From positions 12,789 to 76,788 of the forward strand of contig CAWCYS010000003.1 of assembly GCA_963799715.1 (NCBI GenBank): a stretch of DNA of 64,000 nt. Reading direction: 5' to 3'. A program made the position numbers and the translations under genes. Within the stretch, counting starts at the first letter, position 1. Every line of letters starts with the position of its first letter. This document shows positions 35,107 through 46,559 of the stretch, piece by piece. The stretch is from Terriglobia bacterium (lineage in GTDB: Bacteria > Acidobacteriota > Terriglobia > Acidiferrales > UBA7541). The notes below the pieces were generated by a model. That model saw nothing but the letters and a program-made list of their open reading frames with translations. It searched no databases and had not been told where the DNA came from.

Positions 35107-37353
35107 ACTTTGTAGGGGCGGCAGCTTTGCTGCAGACTTCCCGGACGCAGGCCGCTGTGCGAAATGCGTCCGCTAGAATTGTTGAGCAGTTGTCCCGAAA
35201 TCACTCTGCTAGCATCCGTCCCGACCACAAACACCATCGATCCGGTGGGAGTGAGGCTGGACAATGTAAATGGAAATGTTGTAGGTGTTGCTGGCCGCAT
35301 CCGTTAGCACCAGCGTCCCCCGGCCGTTCCCGCTCATCGAGTACGTTCCCTTCACTGCGTTCCCGGGTGTGAGCGTAAACGCATTGTTCGTGTCCCAGTT
35401 CCCCGCAACGGTCGCGGTGGTCCCGGTCAGCACGATCTGTCCGGTCGTGTCGGCCTCATTGAAGGAGACTCGCCGCACCGCCCGTCCATTGCTGCGCGAA
35501 CGCGCCCACTAAGCTCTGCGTCGTGAATCCCAGTCCGCTGCCGGGCCTCCTTGCTGCGGTGACGAGCATCCCGTCGGCCTCAATGGAGGAATCGGTCTCT
35601 TGCAGCAACGGCCTGACCCGCCTGGACAAAGTAGAACACAAACGTGAGCGTGCCCGCGTTCGTCGTCAGCGACGCGGTGCCTCGTCCATTCGCGTCCACG
35701 CTGTAGCTGCCGCTCGCGGCTGCATTGGATTGCACGGTGCCGGCGATCGTTTTGGTCCAGAACACCGCCCAGAGAAAGCGGCTGGTCGCCCCGTCGGCGA
35801 AGAACACTCCGCCGGTGGCCACAAATCCCGTTGGGCTTCGTCCGCTCGCGATGAACGAGCATTCCGCGGAGAGAGAACTCGTCGAGAACATCGGATTGTT
35901 CGGCTGCTGGAGCGCATCGCCGGTCAAGGTTCCCGCCGCGTCCAATTCGAGAAAGCGCACGTGTCGCGGCCGTGATCATGTAATAGGCAAAGGAAGCCCC
36001 CTGGATCGTCGCCGTCCCTCGTCCGTTCGCGTCCGTTGTGATAAATGATCCCGAGAGCGAACCCGAGGGCACCGACGTCAAAGCGCCGCCGGCGTTGATG
36101 TCTTCCTGACCTGGATTTGAAATTGTCGGCGCCGGACATAGTGAACTGCGCCGATTTGCGAAGTTGGTTTCGTCACGCCGCCCGGCACGCTCGAACCCGA
36201 GAAGTCGAACGCGAAACTGTTCGCCGGGATGATTCCCCGTGAAGGCCGCGTTCGGATCCTGCGCGTCCCTTCGCCGTGCCCGGTCGCGAACTATGTCCGC
36301 TTCGGTGATCTGGACCTGCGATTCGCTGACGAAGACAATGTAATAGTTCGACGCGGTCGTCCCGCAGCCGAACGCGGTCGGATCGGTCACTGTGCGCCGT
36401 CCCACGGCCATCCACGCCAATCGTGTACGTCCCGTTGACTTGAATATTCTGCGGCGGGCTCCCCGCAACGTTCACGTCTTCGATGACGGTCAGTCCGCCC
36501 TGTCCGTCCGCGGTGACACGACCCGCCCGCGCAAAATATCCGGACTTCGCGCAGCCCCCCTGATTCAATGTGAATGTGCCTGAAAGATTGAAAACCAACG
36601 AGCCTTGCAGTGAAAATGAGGAAAAAGTGTCGGTGATGGTCGCGGCCGATGTCTGCGTATTGTCCGCATTCAGCACCGCAGTGACCACGACCTGCCCGCC
36701 GGACGGCGGTATTTGCGGCGCGGTATAGACCGCTTGCTGCGGCGCGGCGCGTCTGGGAGCGACGGCGTACAGGTTGACGGTGGCGGCCGGCGCAACTCGC
36801 TACCGTGCCGTACGTGGAATTTCCACCGGCGATCGCCGTTCACGTAGTACGTCACTCCGGTCTGCGGAATCGTTGTTTACCACCGGCACATCAAACAGGC
36901 AGATCGTCAGCGTCGTCTTGCTGGCCGGCCGCGACGGTAGACCGTCGTCGGAGAAATGTTTACAACGGGCACCGACGCGATGTTCACCATCGCGGTAGTT
37001 GAAGATCGGAGTTGTCGTGAGTCAGTTCCGCGGTGAGGTGACCACTGCGGCTGACTCGGCACGGCGTTCGGCGCGGTGTATAAGCCCGTTGCATCCACGG
37101 TCCCAAAACCCGCCGTCTTGTTGCGCTGACGCCCGACACACCGTTGACCAGCCAGGTGATCGCCGGTGCCGGTCGCTGGACGAGTTGCGTTTACCACCGT
37201 CGCGCCAAACTGGAGTTGCGTCGCCCGCTTCGACAGTTCCGGAGGCCGGCGTGATAGTGACCGTCGGCGTCGTCGGGCGTAGTGCTGTTATGCTTGCAGC
37301 CGCTGAAGCCGATGGAAGCCAGCAGCGCCGCTGCGAGGAACGATTCGCTTCAT
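35091..37353 (-). CDS. large repeat-containing lipoprotein (Ig-like N-terminal modules plus four NGRGT-type repeats); very heavily frame-interrupted
   Basis: Own stitching of minus-strand fragments 37288..37596, 36907..37197, 36670..36855, 36173..36688, 35509..36468, 35580..35960, 35209..35478 and 35091..35300. ATG 37353 gives MKRIVP and, after one frame change, ..[13 protein letters not shown] (lipobox). Ig-like stretches follow ([36 protein letters not shown]). Then come four repeats ending GVDGRGTA (~36410), [11 protein letters not shown] (~36030), [11 protein letters not shown] (~35690) and [10 protein letters not shown] (~35320). Both ends are approximate. Confidence 0.5.
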
Positions 37354-37707
37354 CGCGCGTCTCCGTGCAGCCGGCGGCATCGTCTTCCCAAACTTCTTCG
37401 CTGCTCCCAATTTCATTCTCATCCCCAATTTCGTTTTACTGTGGCGTGCGCGGTGGTTCCAATGAATTCTACCTGAATTCCGTCCGCTGCAAGCTATCCC
37501 CTGAGCTCCCCGGCAACGCGCCACCGGTCGGAACCAGCCTGTGGTAGGACACACGAACTCGAAAAAAAGTTGCACGCCATTCTTCCTAAATCGCATTCCG
37601 GCGCAATGCCCCGCTCTGGCGGGATGCGGGCAGCCCGAACACGGCAGAAGCTGTCAGCCATGGGAAGAAGCGGCGTGGAGTGCGTGGCACTGGCGCCAGC
37701 CGGCCGC

Positions 37708-39582
37708 TTACTCGATGTCAACGGGACCGAGGGCGCGCTTCATCTGTTGAAACTCGGCCGAGTCCAACTTGGTTCCTGACCAGGAATGATTTGGATACTC
37801 CCAGGCGAGGATGTCCGTGAGCCAGCTCCCGCGTGTTTCGGTAGAATCGTGATCAGACCACACGGAGGTCCCGGCGCGGTCGCCATGACGCTCCATGTCT
37901 ATCCGGAAAAAACTGGCGGCTTCGCGAGGGTCGTAGCCGTGTTCGATCATGTTTTGCAGGCCGACAATGTCGGCTTGCTCCTCGAACCGCCTCTGGTGCC
38001 CGTAAATGGACAGTTCCGCCCCTGCTATCGTCCATTCCGCGGCGAGCGTGCCAATGGCGTAGCCCCCGATGCCGGCGGCAATTTCAACAAACTCGGCGAG
38101 TGTTACTGCAGCCCTATCAGGACGTGTGGAGACGGTCTCTCGCCAGGCGTGAGACTGGAGCACATGAGCTGTCTCATGGCTAAGAATAAATGCGAGCTGC
38201 GCCTCGTTCTCGACGGCGGCGAGCAGCCCTGTGGTGACGAACACCCGCCCGTCCGAGAGCGCGAATGCGTTGATCTCCGGGTCCTCGATAATCAAAAACT
38301 GGATGCCGAATGCGTGCAAGGGATCTGGTATGGCCGCAGGGAGGAGGGATTTCCCGAGTCGGGAGACGTAGTCCTTGACGGCGGGGTCGGTCACAAGTTT
38401 GTACCGGTTGACCACCGTCGGCCCCTCTGTGATCTCCAGTCCCGGAGTGCCGGTGTCTGAGTCCGTACTCTGAGTCACCAGGAAATCGCCCGGAAGTTTG
38501 AAGGCGGCAGCGGGCGGAGGCGCGCCAAGTTCCAGCGTCCGCACATCAATGGTGCCGTCCTCGTTCGGGGTCCCCGTGTACTTCACCCGGAGGCCAGTGA
38601 GGCTTCCCCCTGCGGGCGGGTTCCACTTGCGCTGCGTCGTCGTGCTTATGTTGAGCGTGTAGCCTCCTACCATCAGTCGCGCCGGCTGGCCGGAGGCAAT
38701 GTTTGGCGCATCGGGGGGATTTCCCTCGAAATAGGCTTCACCCTCAATTTTTTTCTCCCCCAGCCAGAGCGATACGACCGCCACATAATCAGCCTTGAAA
38801 GAATGCTCGCTGATCCAGTGCCCCTTGGCCTCGACGAGCATTCCCCATTTGAGGTCGTCCGGTTTGAGCAATGGCGGGCCATGATTGCCGTGCCCGCTGT
38901 GCAGCCATTCCGTCAGAACGATTCCACCGGGCGAGCGGCGAATCGTCGCGCTGCTAACATCAACCTGATCGTCCAGAATGGAGAAACCTGCCGGGCGAAT
39001 CGCCGTGATGTAGCCCCCGACGTACTGCCTACGCAAACGTCCTCCGGCAAACTGCCGGTTCGCAGCGCTGTCTGGCTCGGACGCACCGGAAGAATCAATC
39101 TTCTCTAGCTCCTTTACCACTTCGTTCGCAGAATCCCGGTAGATAGCGCCGCTCGACTTGATGTGAAGCACTCGCCCCAGAATTTCATGGTCGCTCGCCC
39201 GCAGGATCGTCGCATCGAGCTCTAGGTGAGGTTTGGGCAACTTGACCCCCACCACCAGGGCGGCGGCCAGGTTTACCCCAATATCGAAATGGGTGAACTG
39301 GCCCGTGATAATCAGGGTCTGACCAACTTCGCCCTCACCGATAACTTCTCCTTCGCCGAGAACTTCGGCGGCGAGGCCGGATTGACGCACTTCCGTGAGC
39401 AGTTCGGCGTAGAGATAGTCCGAAGCCTCGGGGGGGAGCTCGACATCAGGAGCGTTGGTGAAACGCGTAACTACGATGGCTTGAAAGCGCTGCGGATTCT
39501 TCGCGGTGCCGGAAGCCGGCGCCAGCAACAAAGCCAGCACAGGCGCGACGAAGAATATGGTTCGGCGGTCTGCTCGCCTCAT
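37708..39582 (-). CDS. secreted multidomain M48-family zinc metallopeptidase
   Basis: Intact ORF 37708..39681. Start placed at ATG 39582 (MRRADRRTIFFVAPVLALLLAPASG, a signal peptide), which overlaps the upstream stop (ATGA). The C-terminal third has AFALSDGRVFVTTGLL..LAFILSHETAHVLQSH (HExxH) ..EEQADIVGL. I cannot name a family for the N-terminal ~430 aa. Confidence 0.75.
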   Translation of the reverse strand: MRRADRRTIFFVAPVLALLLAPASGTAKNPQRFQAIVVTRFTNAPDVELPPEASDYLYAELLTEVRQSGLAAEVLGEGEVIGEGEVGQTLIITGQFTHFDIGVNLAAALVVGVKLPKPHLELDATILRASDHEILGRVLHIKSSGAIYRDSANEVVKELEKIDSSGASEPDSAANRQFAGGRLRRQYVGGYITAIRPAGFSILDDQVDVSSATIRRSPGGIVLTEWLHSGHGNHGPPLLKPDDLKWGMLVEAKGHWISEHSFKADYVAVVSLWLGEKKIEGEAYFEGNPPDAPNIASGQPARLMVGGYTLNISTTTQRKWNPPAGGSLTGLRVKYTGTPNEDGTIDVRTLELGAPPPAAAFKLPGDFLVTQSTDSDTGTPGLEITEGPTVVNRYKLVTDPAVKDYVSRLGKSLLPAAIPDPLHAFGIQFLIIEDPEINAFALSDGRVFVTTGLLAAVENEAQLAFILSHETAHVLQSHAWRETVSTRPDRAAVTLAEFVEIAAGIGGYAIGTLAAEWTIAGAELSIYGHQRRFEEQADIVGLQNMIEHGYDPREAASFFRIDMERHGDRAGTSVWSDHDSTETRGSWLTDILAWEYPNHSWSGTKLDSAEFQQMKRALGPVDIE

Positions 39583-40310
39583 CGTCGCCCTCCACCGGCG
39601 GTTACGGGCGAGCCCGTGCCGGATGGCGCGTGCGCAGCCGACGTCAAACCGGAAATCGCTTGTTGCAGTTGCTGGCCCCAAAAGAAATTCTGCAAAGCCT
39701 GCTGCACGGCGGAGGCGAATGCGTTCGCCAATTGACGGGCAAACCTGACCTCATCGATGGAGTGGTCCGCGACAGCCGTGCCGAGCGCGTGAATCTCGCG
39801 TGTTTCGCCCGTCTTGGGATTCTCCAGAACCGCTACAAGTTCGATCTCCACCAGTCGATCCGGACCGGATCGCCCGGTAATGCCGAAACGAAGCAGGTAA
39901 ATGTGCAGCGTAAGGTCTGCCGCACTGGCTTCGGCGGCTTCCAACCCGCTCTGGCGCAGGGCTTGATCGAAAGCGCCCTGCACAATCGCGACGGGCCGTT
40001 TTTCGAGATAGATGCCGTGCAGGACATCCTTTCGGTTGTCCGCATCGTACACGTCCCAGGCCGTCACAAGCAGAGGCCGCGGGTTACCGGACCGGTCGTT
40101 CACGTCGGCCAGCCAGAATTTCGGTGCGCTCGCAAACACCGGAACCTTAATCGGGTTCAGGGCTGGAATTTTCAATGTTTGAATATTGGGTGGATACGGA
40201 GTGCCGAGCTCATCCTGTGGGGCGCCCGCGAGGGCGAGTGGCGCGAGCAAGCACGCGAGGATCGCCACCTGCGAGAAACTCCGATGACGGCTCTGTGTTG
40301 CCATTTTCAT
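39579..40310 (-). CDS. hypothetical secreted protein, translationally coupled to the M48 peptidase
   Basis: Intact 243-aa ORF. MKMATQSRHRSFSQVAILACLLAPLALAGAPQ looks like a signal peptide. No motif is recognised. The stop TGA 39579-39581 overlaps the downstream ATG. Confidence 0.55.
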   Translation of the reverse strand: MKMATQSRHRSFSQVAILACLLAPLALAGAPQDELGTPYPPNIQTLKIPALNPIKVPVFASAPKFWLADVNDRSGNPRPLLVTAWDVYDADNRKDVLHGIYLEKRPVAIVQGAFDQALRQSGLEAAEASAADLTLHIYLLRFGITGRSGPDRLVEIELVAVLENPKTGETREIHALGTAVADHSIDEVRFARQLANAFASAVQQALQNFFWGQQLQQAISGLTSAAHAPSGTGSPVTAGGGRR

Positions 40311-40492
40311 GGTCGTAATGCCTTTCGTAATGTGCCGAAGAATATTTCGGATGACCTCCCGAACACAAGAGGCACTTTGGACCTCGTCTCCATTCGCGTT
40401 GACACGGCCCCCGCGTTTGGTAGAATGCAGCGTACGCAGACATCGCTGGAGGAAAAAATCCAGTTCAACGGCGGATTGGAATTGCGCTTTGA

Positions 40493-42148
<1,656 letters not shown>

Positions 42149-42184
42149 CGCGGGCTGCTGGCTAGAAAGTTCAGGGGAACTTCA

Positions 42185-43027
42185 ATGAAGAAATCCAGCC
42201 CCGGAAGGTTCGCACGCCGACCGAGCGCATTGCCCCTTGCCTTTGCGTTTGTCATGATTTTCGCTGCGATTCAGGGCTGTCACCAATCGGGAGGCGCCGG
42301 GTCGGATTCGGCAAACAAAGGGCCGAGCAAAGAAGAGATCCTTCCGAATGCGGATAAGTCCTACTATTACCTGCACAGCCGTGGCCTCCAGTCATTCCGG
42401 TGCACCGTCCAGCTAAGTACGAGCCAATCCGACGGCGATCAGTCGAAGCTCGCACAATTGGACAAGAGCCGGTATTCCGTCGTGGTGGACGATCAAGGGA
42501 CTGCCACAGTAACTCCTATCCTGGCCCGCGGAAAACCCGCGGATCACAGCGCGGATGATACTGTTTCGGCTGGGCAGCAATTGGTGGAGGCCTTTTTCCA
42601 GATGTGGGATTCGCTCGTATTCACAGGCATGTTTACCGGGTCAGACGATGAAAAAAAGATGATGCCTTGGGAGCAGCCGGATGGATTTCACTATTCCGGG
42701 TCATTTGGAGATGGGAGTAGGGAGTTCGTCCTGACGAAAGATTCTCTGCTCACGAAGATGGAACTGAAGAGCGAAGGCTCCACGATGGTGATGCAGCCCA
42801 AGTTCGCGAAAACGGATGGCGGCTTATGGTTGTTGACGGAGATGGATAGCGATAAGACCGTCGAAGGCGATATCACCGATGAAGAGGAGAAATTGAGCGT
42901 ACAGATCCAGTATCAGCCTCTCCAAGGCTTTCAATTGCCCGCCCATGTCGAGGACCAACTCGCTCTCTCAAACGGGGCGGTCACGATTGGCATGAATTTC
43001 ACCGATTACCACCTCACCAAGCAATGA
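42185..43027 (+). CDS. hypothetical lipoprotein
   Basis: Intact 280-aa [35 protein letters not shown] is a lipobox-type signal. The rest is acidic and beta-rich, with no recognised motif. Its GC content looks lower than the flanking pyrG and kdsA. Confidence 0.55.
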   Translation: MKKSSPGRFARRPSALPLAFAFVMIFAAIQGCHQSGGAGSDSANKGPSKEEILPNADKSYYYLHSRGLQSFRCTVQLSTSQSDGDQSKLAQLDKSRYSVVVDDQGTATVTPILARGKPADHSADDTVSAGQQLVEAFFQMWDSLVFTGMFTGSDDEKKMMPWEQPDGFHYSGSFGDGSREFVLTKDSLLTKMELKSEGSTMVMQPKFAKTDGGLWLLTEMDSDKTVEGDITDEEEKLSVQIQYQPLQGFQLPAHVEDQLALSNGAVTIGMNFTDYHLTKQ

Positions 43028-43110
43028 GTTGACGCGGTCGCAATCGACTGCCTCCGCCCGTCGCGCCGATTGCAAATCCCATCTATCCCGCATAGGCTAC
43101 AATTCCGAAT

Positions 43111-43952
43111 ATGTCCCCCACGCGCGAAATTCCGGTCGGCAAATTCTCGATTGGCGGTTCGCAGCCGCTCTTCGTGATCGCCGGACCGTGCGTCATCGAA
43201 AACGAGGCGCACACCCGCATGATCGCGCAGCGCCTCGCGGAGATCACCGCCGCCGCGGGCCTCCATTTCATTTTCAAAGCCTCCTACGACAAAGCCAATC
43301 GCACCTCGATTTCTTCCTATCGTGGGCCGGGAATGAAGGACGGCCTGGCGATTTTGCAGCGCATCAAGCAGTCGCTCGGCGTTCCGGTCCTCACGGACAT
43401 TCACGCTGTCGAACAAGCCGGCCCCGTCGCGGAGATTTGCGATGTGATTCAAATTCCCGCGTTCCTCTGCCGCCAGACCGACATGCTCGTCGCCGCGGGC
43501 AGGACGGGCGCGCGTCGTCAATCTCAAGAAGGGCCAGTTCGTCTCGCCGTGGGAAATGGCCAACGCGGTGGAAAAAATCGCGAGCACGGGCAACGAGAAA
43601 ATCGTGCTCACCGAGCGCGGCAGCTCCTTCGGCTACCAGAATCTCGTCGTGGACATGCGCTCCTTCAGCATCTTGCAGCCGCACGGGTTGTCCCGTGGTG
43701 TTCGACGTGACGCACGCATTGCAATTGCCCGGCGGGGAAGGGAAGTCGAGCGGCGGCCAGCCGGAATTCATCGAGCCGCTGGCGCGCGCAGGCGTCGCCG
43801 CTGGCGTGGACGGCATTTTCGTGGAAGTCCACGAAAATCCGCCGCAAGCGCTTTCCGACGGCACAAATGCGTTGCGTCTCGATCTTGCGCCCAGCCTGTT
43901 CGGCAAACTCGCGCAACTCGCCTCGCTCGTCCGCAAGTGGGAGGGCGCGTGA
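43111..43952 (+). CDS. kdsA: 2-dehydro-3-deoxyphosphooctonate (KDO-8-P) aldolase, two frame breaks
   Basis: Fragments are 43111..43710 (..[69 protein letters not shown]), the middle in 43556..44701 ([36 protein letters not shown]), and the end in 43029..43952 ([45 protein letters not shown]). Confidence 0.9.
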
Positions 43953-44911
43953 GCCTCGAAACCGCCAAGCGCGTTTTGCGCATCGAAGCCGCCGCGATCA
44001 CGGATCTTATCGAGCGTCTCGACGCGCGCTTTGAAAAAGCCATCGAACTCCTGCTCGTGTGTAAAGGCCGCGTCGTCGTGACGGGCATGGGCAAGTCCGG
44101 CCTAATCGGACGAAAAATCGCCGCCACGCTTTCGAGCACCGGAACGCCGTCGTTTTTCTTGCATCCCGCCGACGCGCTGCACGGCGATCTCGGTATGCTC
44201 ACGCGCAACGACGCGCTCCTCGCCATCAGCTACGGCGGCGAGACCGAGGAGATCGTCGCGCTCCTCGAGACGATCAAGCGCTTGGCCGTTCCCGATCGTC
44301 ACGCTCACCGGCAACGCGCGTTCCACACTCGCGGCCGCAAGCGAGGTCGTCCTCGATATTCGCGTGAAAGAAGAAGCGTGCTCGCTCAATCTCGCACCGA
44401 CGGCCTCCACCACCGCCACGCTCGCCGTTGGCGACGCGCTCGCCATCGCCCTGCTCGAACGCCGCGGCTTCAAGGAAGGCGATTTCGCCGCGCTGCATCC
44501 CAGCGGTCGCCTCGGCAGGAAGCTGCTGCGCGCCGAAAGCCTCATGCACTCCGGCGACGCCTTGCCGCGGGTGAATCTCGATACGAAACTGACCGACGTA
44601 ATCTACGAGATGAGCCGCAAAGGTCTCGGCATGACCACGGTCCTCGACGCACGAAGGCCGCCTCGCAGGAATCGTCACCGACGGCGATCTGCGCCGCCTG
44701 ATGCAGCAGCGCGGCTCCGAAGCCTTCCACGTCGCCGCCGGCGAGTACATGACGACGGCTCCCGTCACGTTGTCACCGCACGAACTAGCCGGCACCGCGC
44801 TAAATATTAATGGAGCGCCGCCGCATCACCTCCATCGTCGTCGTGGACAATGAGCAGCGTCCCCTCGGCGTCCTCCATCTCCACGATCTCTGGACCCTCG
44901 AACTCTTCTAG
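43949..44911 (+). CDS. kdsD: arabinose-5-phosphate isomerase (KdsD/KpsF; SIS + CBS), frame-interrupted
   Basis: GTG 43949 overlaps the kdsA stop (GTGA). Fragments are 43556..44701 ([64 protein letters not shown]) and 44364..44810 ([46 protein letters not shown]..). Own translation of the tail gives ..[40 protein letters not shown]. Confidence 0.88.
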
Positions 44912-44941
44912 CTTCTTCGCTTTTTGTTCCCATACTTAAAA

Positions 44942-44970
44942 TTGACGCTGGCGACAACCTTCGCTACCAT
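44942..44970 (+). promoter_or_regulatory. sigma70-type promoter TTGACG-N17-TACCAT, 13 nt before ATG 44984
   Basis: TTGACG at 44942-44947, a 17-nt spacer, and TACCAT at 44965-44970. The same hexamers and the same spacings recur upstream of the paralogue at 45767-45795. Confidence 0.55.
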
Positions 44971-44983
44971 CCCGCCCACGCCG

Positions 44984-45655
44984 ATGTCTCCTGCTCCGTC
45001 CATGTTCGTAGAAGGTGGCGCTAACGCCACTCCACAAGCGTCCATTCAGGATTCCTACGTTCAGCCCACTCTGAGCCATGCCTTCCGAATCTGGTGGGCC
45101 TACTACTGGCGAAACACCGTCGTCACCGTGATTCTCTTCGCCGGCGTCATATTGGTTGAGCGGCCGTGGTTCGAGAAGGGCTACATCCCAGACTGGTTTT
45201 ACCTTCCAACGGTGAGGTACGCGCCAATCCTGATTACGTATGCCGTGGCCATCCCCGTGTTTTATATGGTCTTGCGAAAGAAGTTTCGGAAGTTTCGCAT
45301 CGGGTTGGTTTCCTGTCAGAACGGTGTCCTAGGCGATCAAGTCCTTCCGGCCACTCTTGGACGCACACTGCGAATCTGGTGGGCGTTCTCCTGGCGAGCC
45401 TTCATGCTTGGCTTGATCGTTTCCTTTGTCGCCTTGCCTTTGAACATGCTGGTCGGAACACTGTCGGCTCTCCTTCCTCAGTTCGCGGTAGGATTCACCT
45501 TTCTGGCTCAATTGACCATCGACGCTGCAGTCGGCCTCTTCGTGATCTATAACAGTATCCTTGACGAGGGCTTCCCCGATTTTCAAGTTTGCCTACTGCC
45601 GAGGACGGCTCCGGCCCCAGCGCCGGCGGTCGAGACAACTCCAACCACAGTTTGA
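44984..45655 (+). CDS. hypothetical 4-TM membrane protein with duplicated RIWW..WR module (paralogue 1)
   Basis: ORF 44924..45655. Start placed at ATG 44984 because the promoter motif lies inside the longer ORF. There are two internal modules: FRIWWAYYWR..TM..TM..VFYMVLRKKFRKFRIGLV and LRIWWAFSWR..TM..TM..VIYNSILDEGFPDFQVCLL. I recognise no family. Confidence 0.6.
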   Translation: MSPAPSMFVEGGANATPQASIQDSYVQPTLSHAFRIWWAYYWRNTVVTVILFAGVILVERPWFEKGYIPDWFYLPTVRYAPILITYAVAIPVFYMVLRKKFRKFRIGLVSCQNGVLGDQVLPATLGRTLRIWWAFSWRAFMLGLIVSFVALPLNMLVGTLSALLPQFAVGFTFLAQLTIDAAVGLFVIYNSILDEGFPDFQVCLLPRTAPAPAPAVETTPTTV

Positions 45656-45766
45656 GTTGCAGATCGTCTTTGCCGTCCGTCCCGTTGCCCGCTATCGCAA
45701 TTCCGTCTTGTCCGCCATTTCCGAGTGGGGTGACTCGCTTCGAGATACCGCGTGTGGCAAGCCGCA

Positions 45767-45795
45767 TTGACGCGGGAATTTCCCTTCGCTAGCAT
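45767..45795 (+). promoter_or_regulatory. sigma70-type promoter TTGACG-N17-TAGCAT, 13 nt before ATG 45809
   Basis: TTGACG at 45767-45772, a 17-nt spacer, and TAGCAT at 45790-45795. The geometry is identical to the promoter at 44942-44970. Confidence 0.55.
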
Positions 45796-45808
45796 CGCGA
45801 CAATTCCC

Positions 45809-46471
45809 ATGAGCCAGATGTCATCGATGCTTGGAGACGGCACCGCGGCCGGGAACCGTGCGGCCGCCATCGAGTGCATATCAAAGACGTTCTGGCGCGC
45901 CCTTCGAATCTGGTGGGCTTTTTACTGGCGCAAAGCAATCCTTTTCGCGATCTTCGTCGCTGCGCTTCTCTTCGCGACAGACTCGCTCTATGCGCGAGGC
46001 GCCATTTCGTTCTGGCTGTACCGCTATCTGACGGAGTTCGGCCCGTACGTCATCAATTACGCCGCGGCACTCCCGGTGCTCCATTTCATTCTCAAAAAGA
46101 AATTTCGCAATTTCCGCCTCGCTTTGACGCCGCTTCTGGACGCGGACGCAGGCGCAGTGTTGCCTCCCACCGTCGCCCGCACGCTGCGAATTTGGTGGAC
46201 CTACACTTGGCGCACCTTCGCCTATTGCATCGGAATTTATTTCGTGGTCAACCTTCCCCTTGGACTCCTGGTAGGAACGCTAGGAACTATTTTCCCCAGG
46301 TTGAACGATGTATTCGCCTATTCGGCAGGTTTAGCAATCGAGGGTGTCGCTGGCTTCTTCGTGATCTATTCCAATATTCTAGAGGAGGAGTTCGGTAAGT
46401 TTCGCGTATGCCTGCTGCACAAAAAGTGCGGAGACTTGTCTCCCGCGGCCGCAGCGTCCCCAAGAATCTAA
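45809..46471 (+). CDS. hypothetical 4-TM membrane protein with duplicated RIWW..WR module (paralogue 2)
   Basis: ORF 45752..46471. Start placed at ATG 45809. The modules are LRIWWAFYWR..TM..TM..LHFILKKKFRNFRLALT and LRIWWTYTWR..TM..TM..VIYSNILEEEFGKFRVCLL. The architecture is collinear with 44984..45655. Confidence 0.6.
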   Translation: MSQMSSMLGDGTAAGNRAAAIECISKTFWRALRIWWAFYWRKAILFAIFVAALLFATDSLYARGAISFWLYRYLTEFGPYVINYAAALPVLHFILKKKFRNFRLALTPLLDADAGAVLPPTVARTLRIWWTYTWRTFAYCIGIYFVVNLPLGLLVGTLGTIFPRLNDVFAYSAGLAIEGVAGFFVIYSNILEEEFGKFRVCLLHKKCGDLSPAAAASPRI

Positions 46472-46559
46472 AATCGAGAATCGACCATTTGGTTTCGCTC
46501 TTTTCCACCCGCCGGTGATAGTCTCCTGCGCCGCCCGAATTCTCTTCCCGCGGGCAGCC

